Shown here piece by piece: positions 37,817 to 47,982 of a stretch of 64,000 bases of DNA. The stretch spans positions 8,995 to 72,994 of the forward strand of contig JBDHUY010000010.1 of the NCBI GenBank assembly GCA_039809385.1, written 5' to 3'. The position numbers and the translations under genes were made by a program. The notes under the pieces are model-generated. The model was not told the DNA's origin and made no database searches. It worked only from the letters and a program-made list of their open reading frames with translations. The first letter of the stretch is position 1; each line of letters begins with the position of its first letter. The stretch comes from Candidatus Altimarinota bacterium. GTDB lineage: Bacteria > Patescibacteriota > Gracilibacteria > JBDHUY01.

Positions 37817-40477
37817 TTATTCGGACAGCGTCGCCGACTTTTTTTCACTCAGATCGGCAATCGAAAGAGCTTTGATCACGGAGAGCGAGATAGTATACAG
37901 ATTGTCGCCGATATACAGAATCCGTTGAATGCTCTTGTTATAATCCGGATACCAATATTCTCCTCCTGCTTTGATGTCCTCGGCGGTGAAATTGGTCGTT
38001 TTGCCCTTCAGCGTAAAACCCTTAGCCAGATCAATCGTATATACATAGGCTCCCTGGAAGACGGCTTTTTCGGTTCCATATTGGGCTACACAGCTGTTTG
38101 CTCCGTCGCAGTCGGTTGTACAAACCTGAATTCCGTTGCTGGTCGTACAATTGGTCGGAACGCAAATCTTCTGACAGGAGGCGGGGCAGGTCGAATATTT
38201 GAAATCCGAACAAACGTTGCCCGTCGTAGAATCGTAGACCGTTACCGGAAACGACAGGAGATTTTTCTCCTTGTCGAACAAGAGAGCTTTGTGGTTGTAC
38301 AGGACGTCGCTGGTAGTTCCCCCCCGTCCGATCCGTTCGGTAAACATCTCTTTCGGATTTTTGATGTTCGTAACGTCGAACAAGCTCATTTTCAGTCCCG
38401 TAAAAGCTCCGTTGGCCGGATCGACCTCGTTGCCGAATCCGATAATATGATTCTCGTCGTACGGATGGAGATAGCTGCTGTATCCTTCTATTTTCAGGCT
38501 GCCTCCCACCACAGGTTTGGTCGGATCGCTCAGATCGAGCGCAAACAACGGATCGACCTGGCGGAAAGTAACTACATACCCCCGATCACCCATAAAGCGA
38601 GTCGAATAGATCGTTTCTCCGGGAGCCAGATCTTCGATCTTGCCGCTAATGTTCATATCTTTATCGAGAATATAGACATGATTCAGCGTTTTGGTCACAG
38701 GGTAGTAAGAGGTACTGGTCGTAGCGATTCTAAAATTTCCAGCGTGTTCGTCCATACTGAATTGATCGAGCACTCTTCCCATGACGTTTCCCCTGGCGAT
38801 AAATTGCACATTCCCGTTGCTCAGTCCGAATTTATAGACAGCGGTCTTTTCCGGGGCCGGATAGTATAAGTAGGGTACCCGTTCGGTGTCAGCCGGCTGA
38901 AACCCTCCCGTCCAGTCGACATCCGTGACAAACATATTCCGGTCGGAAACAAACAGGTTATCGCTGTTGCCTACCAGTACCTGACGCGAAACTTCTTTAT
39001 TTGTATCGTTTAAAGGGATGCCGGCCACGATCAGAAAGTTGGATCGGTCGCCTTTCGGGAATACCAGCACATCGCCGCACTGGGCAATATCTTTTTCCTG
39101 AGCATCTTTGGAATCCTTCATGCGTGGCATCAGTTCTTCCGGATCAAATGTCGGTACCGGATAAGGATAGGGATAGGGCGCCGTGATGCCTGGGGCGGCT
39201 TTTTCATAATAATACGGACCCGGATAGGGATATGGATAGGGACGGTTAACATACTGACTCATCGTGAGATACAGATTGTTATCGATGCGTCGGCTGTTCA
39301 TCGCATAGGCTTCAAAGTCGATCGTGCGGCTGATCGTCGGTGCTTTCGGATCCGATACGTCGATCATATAGACGCGGGTTTTGCTATTACGGTCGTATAG
39401 CGTATAGGCAGGATATCCGGCAGCAACCTTTTCGTCGGTATAAACCGGCGATATATACGCATTTCCGATCAAAATGAGTTGTTTGGCGTTCAGGTACATT
39501 TCTGTCGGATAAAATGTTTCGTTTTCGTTTCCCAGTTTCATACGTACCAGCTCTTTTAATCCTTCGACAGGTACCGCCTGTATGACGCGTACGGTATCGT
39601 TTTTCAGCATGTAGATCTTGTCTCCATCGGTTTTTACCATATCGGCTTCATCGACCCCGGGCACTTGGATATTGGTCGTCGAATATCCGCCGCCGCCACC
39701 TCCTCCTGATTCGGCTGCCACGGGTGTAGCTACTCCATTGCTTGAACCGTCTTTTGCCCCTTGTCTGTTGAAGTAATTGATCTTGTCGTTCGGATAAAAA
39801 AGTCTGTCTTGCAATTCCTGGCAACTGCTGGGTTTTACGAATCCTTTCCCGTCGATTTCGTCATAAGTTCGGCTGGCTTCGTTAGTGACGTTGGCTTTTA
39901 AGCGGTAGGTCATCATGGCCATATCCGAACGGGTGAGTTTCTGGTCGAAATACTCGACCGAGAGAGGAAGCGCTTTTTTCTGTGCCAATGCTGTAAAATA
40001 GCCTTTATACCAAATGGAGGGGTCCGTCTGTGTGCCAATCTTATAGGCATTTACCAAAATCTTGCTGGCTTCGGAGGCGGTGATCGTCTCGTTTAAGCGG
40101 AATGTTCCGTCGCTGTATCCGCTGACCCAGCCGGCTTTTTTTGCCGCACAGATATATTGGGCTGCCCAGTGTTTTTCGTCCACATCGCTGAATCCGCATT
40201 TGGTCTCTTTTAAAGGTAATCCTTGCGCTGCGGCGATGATCTTGACGAACTCGGAGCGCGCGATCGGGTTTTGCGGATAAAAGTACCCGCCGGCGTAGCC
40301 TTGCACCACATTATTCTCTTTGAGGTACTTAATGGCCGCATAGTCGTAGACAGTCGGATCGGTTACATCCACAAACGGTCCGCTCGTCGTTGCCGGGCTT
40401 GTACTCTGCTGTGCTTGCGTTACGGGCACGAGTTGAAACAGGATTGCCAGCATCAGGGCGATGGCGCCTTTTTTCAT
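37817..40477 (-). CDS. Secreted SLH-domain plus beta-propeller domain protein
   Basis: Signal peptide; SLH motifs VVQGYAGGYFYPQNPIARSEF and SGYSDGTFR; YSTTNIQVPGVDEADMVKTDG, DQFSMDE, GETIYSTRF, VTFRQVDPLF. Confidence 0.9.
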   Translation of the reverse strand: MKKGAIALMLAILFQLVPVTQAQQSTSPATTSGPFVDVTDPTVYDYAAIKYLKENNVVQGYAGGYFYPQNPIARSEFVKIIAAAQGLPLKETKCGFSDVDEKHWAAQYICAAKKAGWVSGYSDGTFRLNETITASEASKILVNAYKIGTQTDPSIWYKGYFTALAQKKALPLSVEYFDQKLTRSDMAMMTYRLKANVTNEASRTYDEIDGKGFVKPSSCQELQDRLFYPNDKINYFNRQGAKDGSSNGVATPVAAESGGGGGGGYSTTNIQVPGVDEADMVKTDGDKIYMLKNDTVRVIQAVPVEGLKELVRMKLGNENETFYPTEMYLNAKQLILIGNAYISPVYTDEKVAAGYPAYTLYDRNSKTRVYMIDVSDPKAPTISRTIDFEAYAMNSRRIDNNLYLTMSQYVNRPYPYPYPGPYYYEKAAPGITAPYPYPYPVPTFDPEELMPRMKDSKDAQEKDIAQCGDVLVFPKGDRSNFLIVAGIPLNDTNKEVSRQVLVGNSDNLFVSDRNMFVTDVDWTGGFQPADTERVPYLYYPAPEKTAVYKFGLSNGNVQFIARGNVMGRVLDQFSMDEHAGNFRIATTSTSYYPVTKTLNHVYILDKDMNISGKIEDLAPGETIYSTRFMGDRGYVVTFRQVDPLFALDLSDPTKPVVGGSLKIEGYSSYLHPYDENHIIGFGNEVDPANGAFTGLKMSLFDVTNIKNPKEMFTERIGRGGTTSDVLYNHKALLFDKEKNLLSFPVTVYDSTTGNVCSDFKYSTCPASCQKICVPTNCTTSNGIQVCTTDCDGANSCVAQYGTEKAVFQGAYVYTIDLAKGFTLKGKTTNFTAEDIKAGGEYWYPDYNKSIQRILYIGDNLYTISLSVIKALSIADLSEKKSATLSE

Positions 40478-40560
40478 AGAAAAAATAAAAGTAAGGAAAT
40501 AAAGTATGCCTTTTCACCTAGTATAACGTTGCCTGATAAAAAGGGTTACAAAAAAAGCCT

Positions 40561-40710
40561 AAATGACAAAGTTCAAATTTCAAATTTCAAATCCCAAAAG
40601 AATATCAAAACCCAAATATCAAAACATAGTATTGTTGAAAAGCTAAATTGTAGATTAATTTCAGATTTGGCATTGGAGTTTTGAACTTTCCAGGTTCCAC
40701 TTTGTCATTT
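40561..40710. repeat. 7-nt-period inverted-repeat element, copy B
   Basis: Perfect 12-bp terminal IR aaatgacaaagt / actttgtcattt; arms built of caaattt-like heptamers. Confidence 0.8.
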
Positions 40711-40773
40711 CAGGTTGTCTTTTACGACGCTTTTTCGCATACTAATACTCGTACTTTGACCGATACCTGTCTT

Positions 40774-41439
40774 ATGATCATTCTGGAACATATCGAAAAG
40801 AAATATCCGGGACACCGGGTTTTCGAGGATTTTAATCTCTCGATCCAGCCGGGCGAGTTCGTCTGTGTGACAGGGCCTTCGGGGTGCGGCAAAACGACGC
40901 TCATTAAACTGCTGGTCGGCGACGAGAAGCCGTCGTCTGGTCGTATTCTGGTGGATACGATCAATATTGCCGATATGTCCGACCGGACGTTACAATTGTA
41001 TCGACGCAAAATCGGTGTCGTATTTCAGGATTACAAGTTACTGCCGAAGAAAAACGTGTACGAGAACGTGGCGTTTGCTATGGAAGTCTGCGGGGAAACC
41101 GACCAGGCGATTCACGCCCGCGTTCCGCAGGTGCTGGATCTGGTCGGGATATTGAGTAAACAAGAGAACTTTCCCGACGAACTGTCGGGAGGCGAGCAAC
41201 AGCGTGTGGCGATCGCCCGGGCGCTGGTACACCAGCCGCGTCTGCTGATTGCGGACGAGCCGACCGGCAATTTGGATCAGGATAATTCGTATGCGATTAT
41301 GAACCTCTTGCTAAAGATCAACGGACTTGGTACTACTGTTTTACTCACGAGTCATGCTCTTGATATGGTAAAGTTTGTTCAGAAACGAGTTATTACCATC
41401 GATCAGGGGAAAATAACGAGTGACAGATTGGGAGGATAA
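40774..41439 (+). CDS. ftsE: Cell division ATP-binding protein FtsE
   Basis: [46 protein letters not shown]; ftsX is not adjacent. Confidence 0.85.
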   Translation: MIILEHIEKKYPGHRVFEDFNLSIQPGEFVCVTGPSGCGKTTLIKLLVGDEKPSSGRILVDTINIADMSDRTLQLYRRKIGVVFQDYKLLPKKNVYENVAFAMEVCGETDQAIHARVPQVLDLVGILSKQENFPDELSGGEQQRVAIARALVHQPRLLIADEPTGNLDQDNSYAIMNLLLKINGLGTTVLLTSHALDMVKFVQKRVITIDQGKITSDRLGG

Positions 41440-41446
41440 AGCTTAT

Positions 41447-41522
41447 GCGCCCGTAGTTCAGTGGATAGAACGCCAGCCTTCTAAGCTGGATGTCGCAGGT
41501 TCGATTCCTGCCGGGCGTACCA
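41447..41522 (+). tRNA. tRNA-Arg (anticodon TCT)
   Basis: Acceptor gcgcccg/cgggcgt, anticodon arm ccagc-cttctaa-gctgg, T arm gcagg-ttcgatt-cctgc, encoded CCA; 76 nt. Confidence 0.97.
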
Positions 41523-41530
41523 GGGAGAGA

Positions 41531-41589
41531 GTCCAAAGTCCAAAGTCCAAAGTCCAAAGTCCAAAGTCCAAAGTCCAAAGTCCAAAGTC
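41531..41589. repeat. Perfect heptamer tandem repeat (GTCCAAA)x8
   Basis: Eight exact copies starting 9 nt after the tRNA CCA. Confidence 0.97.
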
Positions 41590-41633
41590 AATACTCCTTA
41601 GTGCTTGTCTCTCACTAACTTTCTCTTACTCCT

Positions 41634-42215
41634 ATGTCATATCCGCGTGTTGTTATCGTGCATGGTTGGGATGGTTCGCCTGGAGAGGGGTGGTTTTCCT
41701 GGTTGAAAAGTGCATTGGAGAAACAGGATATCCGTGTAGATGTTCCCTTGATGCCGGACGCCTCTTCTCCCCGTATCGAAGCCTGGGTCTCTCATCTGAG
41801 CGAGATTATCGGGGCTCTGGATGAACATACGTTTCTGGTTGGACACAGTATCGGCTGCCAGACGATCATGCGCTATCTTGAAAAACTTCCTTCTTCTGTC
41901 AACGTCGGTGGAGTGATTTTCGTGGCCGGCTGGTTTACGTTGATGAATTTGCAGACCGACGAGGAACGCGAGATCGCCCGGCCCTGGCTGGAGACGCCGA
42001 TCGATGGTCAAAAAGTGAGGACGCACACCGACCGGATACTCGCCGTTTTTTCGGATAATGACGACGTCGTTCCTTTGGAAAATCAGGGTTTCTTCGAAAA
42101 GCGGTTGGGTGCTTCTACTATCCTGGAGCATCACAAAGGCCATTTTAGCGGGGGAGAGGGGATCACCGAAATTCCGATCGTTTTGAAAACTTTGATGTCG
42201 TGGATCTCAGGGTGA
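41634..42215 (+). CDS. RBBP9/YdeN family alpha/beta hydrolase
   Basis: IVHGWDG, LVGHSIG, SDNDDVVP, GHFS. Confidence 0.92.
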   Translation: MSYPRVVIVHGWDGSPGEGWFSWLKSALEKQDIRVDVPLMPDASSPRIEAWVSHLSEIIGALDEHTFLVGHSIGCQTIMRYLEKLPSSVNVGGVIFVAGWFTLMNLQTDEEREIARPWLETPIDGQKVRTHTDRILAVFSDNDDVVPLENQGFFEKRLGASTILEHHKGHFSGGEGITEIPIVLKTLMSWISG

Positions 42216-42313
42216 TTTTTGACACCCAGATGCTTTTATTCCTTTGAGATGTAACGAAAAAGTATGAGAGACAAAAATTTTTTGTTATCTTTGTTTTATT
42301 TATATGTTCAACT

Positions 42314-42631
42314 TTGATTCATTTCGCTATGGCGAGCCTGCAATCTCCTCCCAGTGAGCCTAGTTCTTGTCCTTGTGGTTTCGAGGAGTATCGCGGATAC
42401 CCGTTTCCTTTTTTGAAAAGGGATCCGGTTATTGATCCCCACGCTCCACCTTCTCTTATTATATCTTGCGACTGCCCTCTCGGAATTTCTTATCAAAAGC
42501 CTGATATCTTGCTGTATTCTTTTGTAGAAAACGAGATATCATATTTCTTCTTCGGACTCATTTTTTATGGTGTGTTTTGGATTGGAGTTATAATACGTAA
42601 GGAATCCCGCACACCTTCCATAAAAGCATAA
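42314..42631 (+). CDS. Small hypothetical membrane protein (5' end uncertain)
   Basis: CxC motifs, RGYPFPF, C-terminal TM helix; the frame stays open to 42248 with a further hydrophobic stretch but no canonical start. Confidence 0.5.
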   Translation: MIHFAMASLQSPPSEPSSCPCGFEEYRGYPFPFLKRDPVIDPHAPPSLIISCDCPLGISYQKPDILLYSFVENEISYFFFGLIFYGVFWIGVIIRKESRTPSIKA

Positions 42632-42640
42632 TAAAAAAAC

Positions 42641-43528
42641 ATGAACTGGATCTTTATCGCGCTGCTTACGCCGCTGTTGCACGGTTTTGCCAATATCTTG
42701 GATAATTATCTGACTGGGAGTCTTTTTAAAAGTCTGATGGCTATTATTTTTTTTACTACACTCTCGAACGTACTATTTCTCCCATTAGTTTTTTTTGTTG
42801 AGATTCCGGGACCAGTACCCCCGGGTTTGCTACCATTTTTTTTGCTGATCAGTTTAATCGATGTACTGTATTTGTACCCGTATTATAAAGCTTTGCAGAC
42901 AGAGGATACCTCCATTGTATCTTCGCTTTTCGCGCTTGGGAAGATATTTGTGCCGCTTTTGGCTTTTTTCCTGGTAGGAGAAGTGTTAACTTTTACGCAA
43001 TATGCCGGTTTTTTTATTATTATTTTGGGAAGCGCACTGCTCACACTCAAAGGATTAAAAAAGTTTTCCTTTCGTGCCTCCTTTTTCTTGATGCTGCTGT
43101 GTTCTCTGCTTTTATCGGCGGAGGCGGTTATGTATAAATACTTGTTCGACCAGGTCAGCTGGAGTACCGGATTTGTATGGACGAGTTTATTTTCGTTTAG
43201 TATCGCTTTTTTCTTTCTGCTTTTTCCCAAATACCGGCATGTCATTCAGATGGAATCGATACACCTGCGAAAAGTTTTGCCTGTTTTTCTGCTGGAAGAG
43301 TTTCTGACGTTTGGCGGAGCGGCGGCTTTTACTTATGCCGTATCTCTTACATCCGTCACGCTGGTGAAAAGCGTGGGAGCGCTGCAGCCACTCTTCGTAC
43401 TGAGCTATGCTGTGCTTTTTAACCGTATATTTCCGGCTTTGTTTCGGGAAAAACTCGATTTTCGTAGCATAATAAAGAAAGGAATTCTTTTTGCTGTCAT
43501 AGCGTTCGGTATTGTTCTGGTTGTCTAG
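42641..43528 (+). CDS. DMT/EamA family transporter
   Basis: About 10 TM helices; YYKAL...SIVSSL...P..AFFLVGE. Confidence 0.88.
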   Translation: MNWIFIALLTPLLHGFANILDNYLTGSLFKSLMAIIFFTTLSNVLFLPLVFFVEIPGPVPPGLLPFFLLISLIDVLYLYPYYKALQTEDTSIVSSLFALGKIFVPLLAFFLVGEVLTFTQYAGFFIIILGSALLTLKGLKKFSFRASFFLMLLCSLLLSAEAVMYKYLFDQVSWSTGFVWTSLFSFSIAFFFLLFPKYRHVIQMESIHLRKVLPVFLLEEFLTFGGAAAFTYAVSLTSVTLVKSVGALQPLFVLSYAVLFNRIFPALFREKLDFRSIIKKGILFAVIAFGIVLVV

Positions 43529-43828
43529 CAGAAGAGAATATGGTTTTCATGTAACTCTGATCGTAGTGGCTAATCCGGTTATTTTTTCTCAAGACGGAAA
43601 ACGTTGCCAATCTTCAAAAAGGTTAGACCAGTTATCTTATTTCTAAGAGACAAGAAGATTGTATATGGCTTCCATATAAGATTTGTACGACATGATGGCT
43701 TTTAAAGCTCTTTTTTTCGATATCCGTCATTTGACTAAAAACGATTTGTGGAGGTATAATTTTATGATAAAATAGTATCTCGGGAATAAAAAAGTCCTTT
43801 TCCGAGTTGGTCTTCTAAACAAAAACAC

Positions 43829-45040
43829 ATGGCAACCGTTGCGACAATCGACATATTCGGCGTTGAAACCCACCCCGATGTACGGGTAGTGGTTATCGAC
43901 GGTACGCTGGACGAATCGAATCTTGACGATTTCAAGGCAAAGCTTGATCCGCTTGTAGCCGATCAAGAGGTGCGTTGCGTCATCTTAAACTGCAAACAGC
44001 TTCGCTATATCAATAGTAAGATTGTCGGTTTTCTGGCGAGTACGTATTCGCAGATATCCGAACGCGGCGGAAAACTTATCATGGCCGAATCGAATGAAAC
44101 CATCGCCGATATTATCAGCATGGTCGGATTGAACATGATTATCGAACAGGCTGCCAGTACCGAAGAAGCATTGACGATGGTATCTGCTGGAGGTCCAACC
44201 GTAATGACTCCTCCGACTTCGACCCAAACAACTCAAAACGATGCCGCAGTGGCGGAAACGATCTCGATTCCAGTGTCCCAGGCTCCTGCCGCTCCTGTCG
44301 AAAATCAGGTAGCACAAGTGCCGGTTACTCCCGCGGTTCCCCAAACCGAAACTTCTCTCCCTGCCGCCGTAGAGACCGAAGTTCCGGAAGTCCAAACGTT
44401 TCAGCGACCGGTCGAGCCGGTATCTCACGAACCCGAGCCGCCGGCTGTAACAGTTACTGCCGGAGGTTTACGTTTAACAAAATCTGGCGAGATGACGTTG
44501 TCCGGCGAGTCCCCGCTCTCGATTAAACCAGATCCAGCGGTGGTCGTTGCTCCTCCCGAGCCGGCAATTTCTCATCCGACTCCGGTTGGAATGGCTGTGC
44601 CTGCTGTTACATCTGAGAATACTGCTCCTCTTAGCGCTGTGCCCGTAGCAGCTCCCGATCCGGTGGTGGCATCTGTCAATTCTGCTGTCCAACAACCTAC
44701 ACCTGTTGTCGAACAGCCGGTTTCATCGATGTCAAATGATTCTTCCTCCTCGCGTATTGATGTGCAATCCCAAAATCAACAAGAGGTTGTATTGATGTTA
44801 GGACTTCCCAGGGAATCTCCCGGTCAGGGCGCTGATGTGTTCATGACCGAAGACGAGAGTATTAAGGTCCAGATGGTCAACGATTCGTTCGGGCGACGGA
44901 TCGAGATCCGTTTTAAACCCGGACAGTATTTCTTTGACGGAAAAACCGAGGCTGCTGCTCCTCCTCCTTCGCATAATATGATCTTGCCGGACGAACGTCC
45001 GAAAAAATCATTTCTGGGATCACTCTTTGGGAAAAAGTAA
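43829..45040 (+). CDS. STAS domain protein with long Pro/Ala/Val/Thr-rich linker
   Basis: IDGTLDESN, LRYINSK, IISMVGL; C-terminal KKSFLGSLFGKK. Confidence 0.82.
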   Translation: MATVATIDIFGVETHPDVRVVVIDGTLDESNLDDFKAKLDPLVADQEVRCVILNCKQLRYINSKIVGFLASTYSQISERGGKLIMAESNETIADIISMVGLNMIIEQAASTEEALTMVSAGGPTVMTPPTSTQTTQNDAAVAETISIPVSQAPAAPVENQVAQVPVTPAVPQTETSLPAAVETEVPEVQTFQRPVEPVSHEPEPPAVTVTAGGLRLTKSGEMTLSGESPLSIKPDPAVVVAPPEPAISHPTPVGMAVPAVTSENTAPLSAVPVAAPDPVVASVNSAVQQPTPVVEQPVSSMSNDSSSSRIDVQSQNQQEVVLMLGLPRESPGQGADVFMTEDESIKVQMVNDSFGRRIEIRFKPGQYFFDGKTEAAAPPPSHNMILPDERPKKSFLGSLFGKK

Positions 45041-45271
45041 TACAGGCTTTTCTTCCTGACCGTATTGTTCCCTACAATTGATCCTTCGTGTGTTGAGCTT
45101 GTTTAAAGTACTTGGGCACAGAAGAATTTCCTCATACAGAATGATTGTCTCTTTTTACCATCTCCAACTTTCTCCGTTTGAATAGAACGAGTAGATATGG
45201 TTCGAGTGGCGTTTTCTCAGGCAGTTTTTGTTGCTTTCAGACCGAAAGCAAGATGTGGATATTTTTTACGA

Positions 45272-47074
45272 TTACAGAGAAGATAGAGACGTTACAATCC
45301 GTTTCAACGCAGTAAGTCCTTTCGTAAGCGTATCTATTTTTGATTTGATTTCGGCTATGTCTGTCACACTTCGGCGTTCCAACGGGATATTCGAAAGCTG
45401 GTCTTTGAGCATGGCAATCTGGTTTTCCATCGAGCCTATTTGATTTTTCAGCGATTCCAGACAACGGTTTTTGGTATTTTGAACGGCTGTCACGATTTGG
45501 CTGATCTGATCCTGAGCCAGCTTGCTTTTTTGGCCCAGAATATTTTTTAAAATCAATCCCGCATCGCTTTGTTCGCATCCGATGCTCGCGGCTCTTTTGA
45601 GCAAATCGGCAAAGAGTTGCTCGGTATTCTCGGATACCGGTTGTGGGAGTGAGCGATTTGTATTGTCGTTCCCGCTCAGAAGTTCGCGGCATTTTTCCTG
45701 GAAATCGGTTATCAGAAAAGAGTCGCCTCCGGAACGCAATAACAGACATTGAGCAGACGTTATGCCTTCCTTTTTCACATCGTCTATCAGCGTTTGATAT
45801 TCTTTTAAGATCTCGTTTTTATGGTTTTGATCCGCTTGACGTAGTGCATCGGACAGATGCAGTAGGTCGCGGGTTTTCAGTATATTTGAAAAACGGGATC
45901 GAGTTGTTTCATCGGAAATACTTTGCAAACTGGTCTTTTTCAGTTGTTCGATTACTTCTTCCTCTTGAGGAAATAGCAGCGGAGCGTATTTTAACCATAA
46001 TTTCCCCTGCACGGCCAGTTTTTCACGCAGTTCGGCCTGGACGTTCGAATCGCTAATCGATTGGATAGTCGTTTCTATGTTTGATATCAAGGCACTTCGT
46101 TCATGTAACAGCTCCTTTGCTTGTGTCGAGTCGTTTTGACTAAGAGCATACATGGCTTTGTTTAAAAGCTCCCGACTTTGCTCCAGTAATCCGAGAGCTC
46201 TTGCTTTCGGGTCGGCAGGCAGCGCGATTCCTTCCGCGGCCGCGGCGCCTGTTCCGGATTTGGCGTTGAGAACGAGCGACGCAAACATACGGTTTTTGAT
46301 CCGGTCGCCTACCAGTCGGTCTGCGGCGACATTTTGAGCGAACCAGTTGCTTTTGAGATATTCCGCAGCGATTTTGCGGACTCCTATACGCGATCTTTGC
46401 CCGTCGCTGATCGACGAAGGTATAAGATATGCTTCTTCCCCTTCGTTGATAGTAGTATGGGCTTCGTCATTCAGGTAGATCGCGTGTTCAACGGCTTTGA
46501 ACGAAACCTCGTCATTTTGGACCCTGACATTAACCGTTGTCCCGCGTACGCCGGCTACCACGTCGCCGCCTTTCATCGAGAAATTGGCTTTGTCGTTGAC
46601 GATATCTATCGCCTTGTTCCAGGTTTCGCCGTTTATCACGCTATACAGGATGTTGGTTTCAGTCGGATCTTCCGGCTGAAACGTCAATTGTTCGATATGG
46701 AGTTCGGTGTTTTCGGATAAACGGGTTACCGAATCGTCCAGCCAGGTGATCGTGGCGGCGCTGTCAGTACCTATTTTCACCCAGTCTCCTTGTTCCAGCG
46801 CGATACTTTTTTCAACCGGGCTATATTCCGTTTCGGTTGCTTTTTTGTGGGATACTTCCTGTCCTTTGGTTATTTCCAGCGTCGTTTCGGGCAGGTACCC
46901 GGCGTCTGCTTGGTCGATACCCGGCAGGTTGTTCCCCTCGTTGTGGTTCTGATTGTCATTTACTACAGTGCTCGCATTACTGGACGGGTTGATCGGCGGC
47001 GTAGTCGGTTGAGAAACGCCGCAGCTGGTGAGAAACATCAAACTGCAAGCCAGAGCCAATGCCGTTTTTTTCAT
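45272..47074 (-). CDS. FecR-domain lipoprotein
   Basis: Lipobox LTSC; GDWVKIG, DDSVTRLSENT, VAGVRGT; helical C-terminal half. Confidence 0.85.
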   Translation of the reverse strand: MKKTALALACSLMFLTSCGVSQPTTPPINPSSNASTVVNDNQNHNEGNNLPGIDQADAGYLPETTLEITKGQEVSHKKATETEYSPVEKSIALEQGDWVKIGTDSAATITWLDDSVTRLSENTELHIEQLTFQPEDPTETNILYSVINGETWNKAIDIVNDKANFSMKGGDVVAGVRGTTVNVRVQNDEVSFKAVEHAIYLNDEAHTTINEGEEAYLIPSSISDGQRSRIGVRKIAAEYLKSNWFAQNVAADRLVGDRIKNRMFASLVLNAKSGTGAAAAEGIALPADPKARALGLLEQSRELLNKAMYALSQNDSTQAKELLHERSALISNIETTIQSISDSNVQAELREKLAVQGKLWLKYAPLLFPQEEEVIEQLKKTSLQSISDETTRSRFSNILKTRDLLHLSDALRQADQNHKNEILKEYQTLIDDVKKEGITSAQCLLLRSGGDSFLITDFQEKCRELLSGNDNTNRSLPQPVSENTEQLFADLLKRAASIGCEQSDAGLILKNILGQKSKLAQDQISQIVTAVQNTKNRCLESLKNQIGSMENQIAMLKDQLSNIPLERRSVTDIAEIKSKIDTLTKGLTALKRIVTSLSSL

Positions 47075-47267
47075 AGAGAGTAGTCGGGTAAAGTATGAGA
47101 AAAGCTGATCTTATTCTACTGTGGTTTTTGAAAAATTGAAGCTGGAATTAAAGAAGAAGAAAATTCGCGAAACGGGTGTTTCGGTTCTTAGAACATAAAC
47201 TATAGCTCTCGTCGTGCTACGGTTGTATAATCGCTCTGCGAGATATTTGCTCTTTTTTCTTTTTTCT

Positions 47268-47771
47268 ATGGAAACTCCGGTATTCTCTCGGATTGCGAGC
47301 TTGCTTACCGCGGCAAACGTTCCTTTTTTTACCCTGGATCACGAGCCAACCCGTACGTCCGAAGAATCGGCGCGGGCGCGGGGCGTCGATATTCGTCTGG
47401 GCGTCAAGGCTATTTTGCTCAAAGCCGGAGAAGAGTTTGTCCTGATGTGCTTTTCGGCAGCGCGCAAGCTTTCCACGCCGAAACTGCGGACCGTTTTACA
47501 AACCCGTGATATCCGTTTTGCCACCAAAGAGGAATTGCTCGAAAAAACCGGCTTGGTGCCGGGATCAGTTCCGCCGCTTACCGGAAAGCTATTTTCGCTT
47601 CAAACCTTTTTTGACGACAGTGTAACACAACTCGACGATGCCTGGTTTAACTGCGGTATGCTCACCCGTTCCATGCGCCTAAAAGCTGCCGATCTGGTAC
47701 GGGTATCGGAGGCAACTGTAGCGGATTTTACCGAAGAGACAAGCGATCAGCGGCCAGTAAATGCAAAATGA
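47268..47771 (+). CDS. YbaK/ProX-type aminoacyl-tRNA deacylase
   Basis: HEPTRTSEESA, VKAILLK, RFAT.EEL...TGLVPGSVPP, FNCG. Confidence 0.88.
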   Translation: METPVFSRIASLLTAANVPFFTLDHEPTRTSEESARARGVDIRLGVKAILLKAGEEFVLMCFSAARKLSTPKLRTVLQTRDIRFATKEELLEKTGLVPGSVPPLTGKLFSLQTFFDDSVTQLDDAWFNCGMLTRSMRLKAADLVRVSEATVADFTEETSDQRPVNAK

Positions 47772-47811
47772 AAAGTGTAAAATGCAAAGTTTGGGCAAGT
47801 GCTTAAAGACG
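47759..47811. repeat. Degenerate heptamer tract (aaaatgc-like)
   Basis: aaatgc aaaatga aaagtgt aaaatgc aaagt; overlaps the ybaK stop; related to 51401-51443. Confidence 0.7.
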
Positions 47812-47982
47812 ATTTTTCAGCTGAATCAAAATCCATATAAACCTTAGTACGAAGTATTGAATACATAGGTAGGGAAAACAAATTCTTAATTCTCTATTCT
47901 CCCTATATTTCCTTAATTCGTTCTTCGTGATTCTTGCTTCGTGTCTCCTGACTCCCTTCTCCGATCTCATTTCTTCCCCTCT

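Noticed and set aside
41447-41589. tRNA-Arg as an integration site of a genomic island
   Set aside because: No integrase and no duplicated tRNA 3' end were seen in the window.
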